Assembly: GCA_012295275.1 (NCBI GenBank)
Contig: CM022670.1
Location: 37,448,001-37,512,000 of the forward strand
Length of the DNA stretch: 64,000 bases
Source: Chrysomallon squamiferum
Lineage: Eukaryota; Animalia; Mollusca
Direction of reading: 5' to 3'
The notes beneath the pieces are model-generated. The model made no database searches. It saw nothing but the letters and a program-made list of their open reading frames with translations, and was not told the DNA's origin. The translations under genes and the position numbers were made by a program. Positions 63,097 through 64,000 of the stretch are shown here, one piece after another (position 1 is the first letter of the stretch; each line of letters begins with the position of its first letter).

Positions 63097-63404
63097 CTCT
63101 CTCAATAAAAAAGGCCAAATGCTTGATGTGTGTGTGTGTATGTACATATACATGTATATGTCTGCGTGTGTATATGTATATGTGTATGTATGTGTTAAAC
63201 TGCAACAAATTCATTTCTACTGCAAATCACTGCATCTTTTGTATTTATTATTATTATTATAGAGAAGAGACAGAAAATTTTCCAAATGGAGATATTACTA
63301 CGGTTATGATGGTGGTGAATGCTCCACCTGGCAATCTGACACTGGATACTGGGAAACCACTTCATGCAGCAACGTCCGTTTATTTCTGTGTGAAAAAAAT
63401 GCAG
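62525..63404 (+). CDS. C-type lectin domain (3 exons) with an in-frame TAG; internal part of a larger gene, possibly a pseudogene or null allele
   Basis: Exons 62525-62689 ([54 protein letters not shown]), 62906-62997 ([12 protein letters not shown]...NVQ*LE) and 63263-63404 ([47 protein letters not shown]). All six long-form CTLD cysteines, WLGL and FLCE are present. Phase-1 boundaries at both ends. TAG at 62989-62991. Confidence 0.85.
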
Positions 63405-64000
63405 GTAAAACGAACGTTCCAAAATATAAACCTACTGAGATCGTCACATACCACCGAATTTATGTCGATGTATTATTACTAAATGATTAAGACCATAAAC
63501 AGGACAAACTAGTGGATAAACCCATTCTGAATACTTTCTTTAATTTGTTTTTTAATTTTTTTTTTTTTCAAGTAATTAATCTTGGATTTAATATCACTAA
63601 ATGGCCTTTATAATTAAACGAACGTGAGGTTCTAAATGGTAATGTTTAGCTTGGTTTGTTTTTTTTAAATTTTATTTAGAGATTGATAGTCATGGAAAAC
63701 AAACACTGGTGACAGAAATCGGGTTGTGAATGCTGTATTACATAGTCTGCTTATTTTATGTGATGAACGTACAGTTCAGGCTAAATCATTTCAGTCCAGT
63801 CCTTGCTTTTCAGACGAGCTCGTTTCGGTCCGGATTTTATTTATTGTAACTGAAAACTCTCGAGGAACTCCTTTGTTTAACACTTGCTTAGAACTGCTAA
63901 CTAAAATTTACCTTTTTATACAAATATTGTTCAGTTATCTCGTCAGTAAATAATAGGTTATGAAATGACACAGAATTTTTCATATTTTTACTTTTTCTAT

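Noticed and set aside
62998-63262. U12-type intron suggested by the GTATCC donor
   Set aside because: Sequence is GTATCCCC rather than GTATCCTT, and no TCCTTAAC branch site is visible near the acceptor.

Overview
AT-rich, microsatellite-dense, intron-rich animal genomic DNA, most consistent with a lophotrochozoan (probably a mollusc; inferred from gene content, not established). I spliced exons by hand using GT/AG sites and phase continuity. Four complete genes alternate in orientation: ABCD3/PMP70 (-, 27 exons, 659 aa), a DUF4062-like/NACHT-type NTPase/TPR protein with an acidic tail (+, 22 coding exons, about 1159 aa, one GC-AG intron), Asterix/WDR83OS (-, 4 exons, 109 aa) and UBE3C (+, 23 exons, about 1073 aa). 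The right third (about 48.9-64 kb) is a more CpG-rich accessory region. It holds decayed TSP1-like exons, a partial tandem duplication of an orphan gene, a ZP-domain gene (-) with no furin site or membrane anchor, a C-type lectin-domain gene (+) with an in-frame TAG at an expected Trp position, two Tigger/pogo-type MITEs (one closely resembling mammalian Tigger4/Zombi as I recall it) and a 200-N assembly gap. All family assignments rest on motif recognition and recalled sequences; no database search was run.
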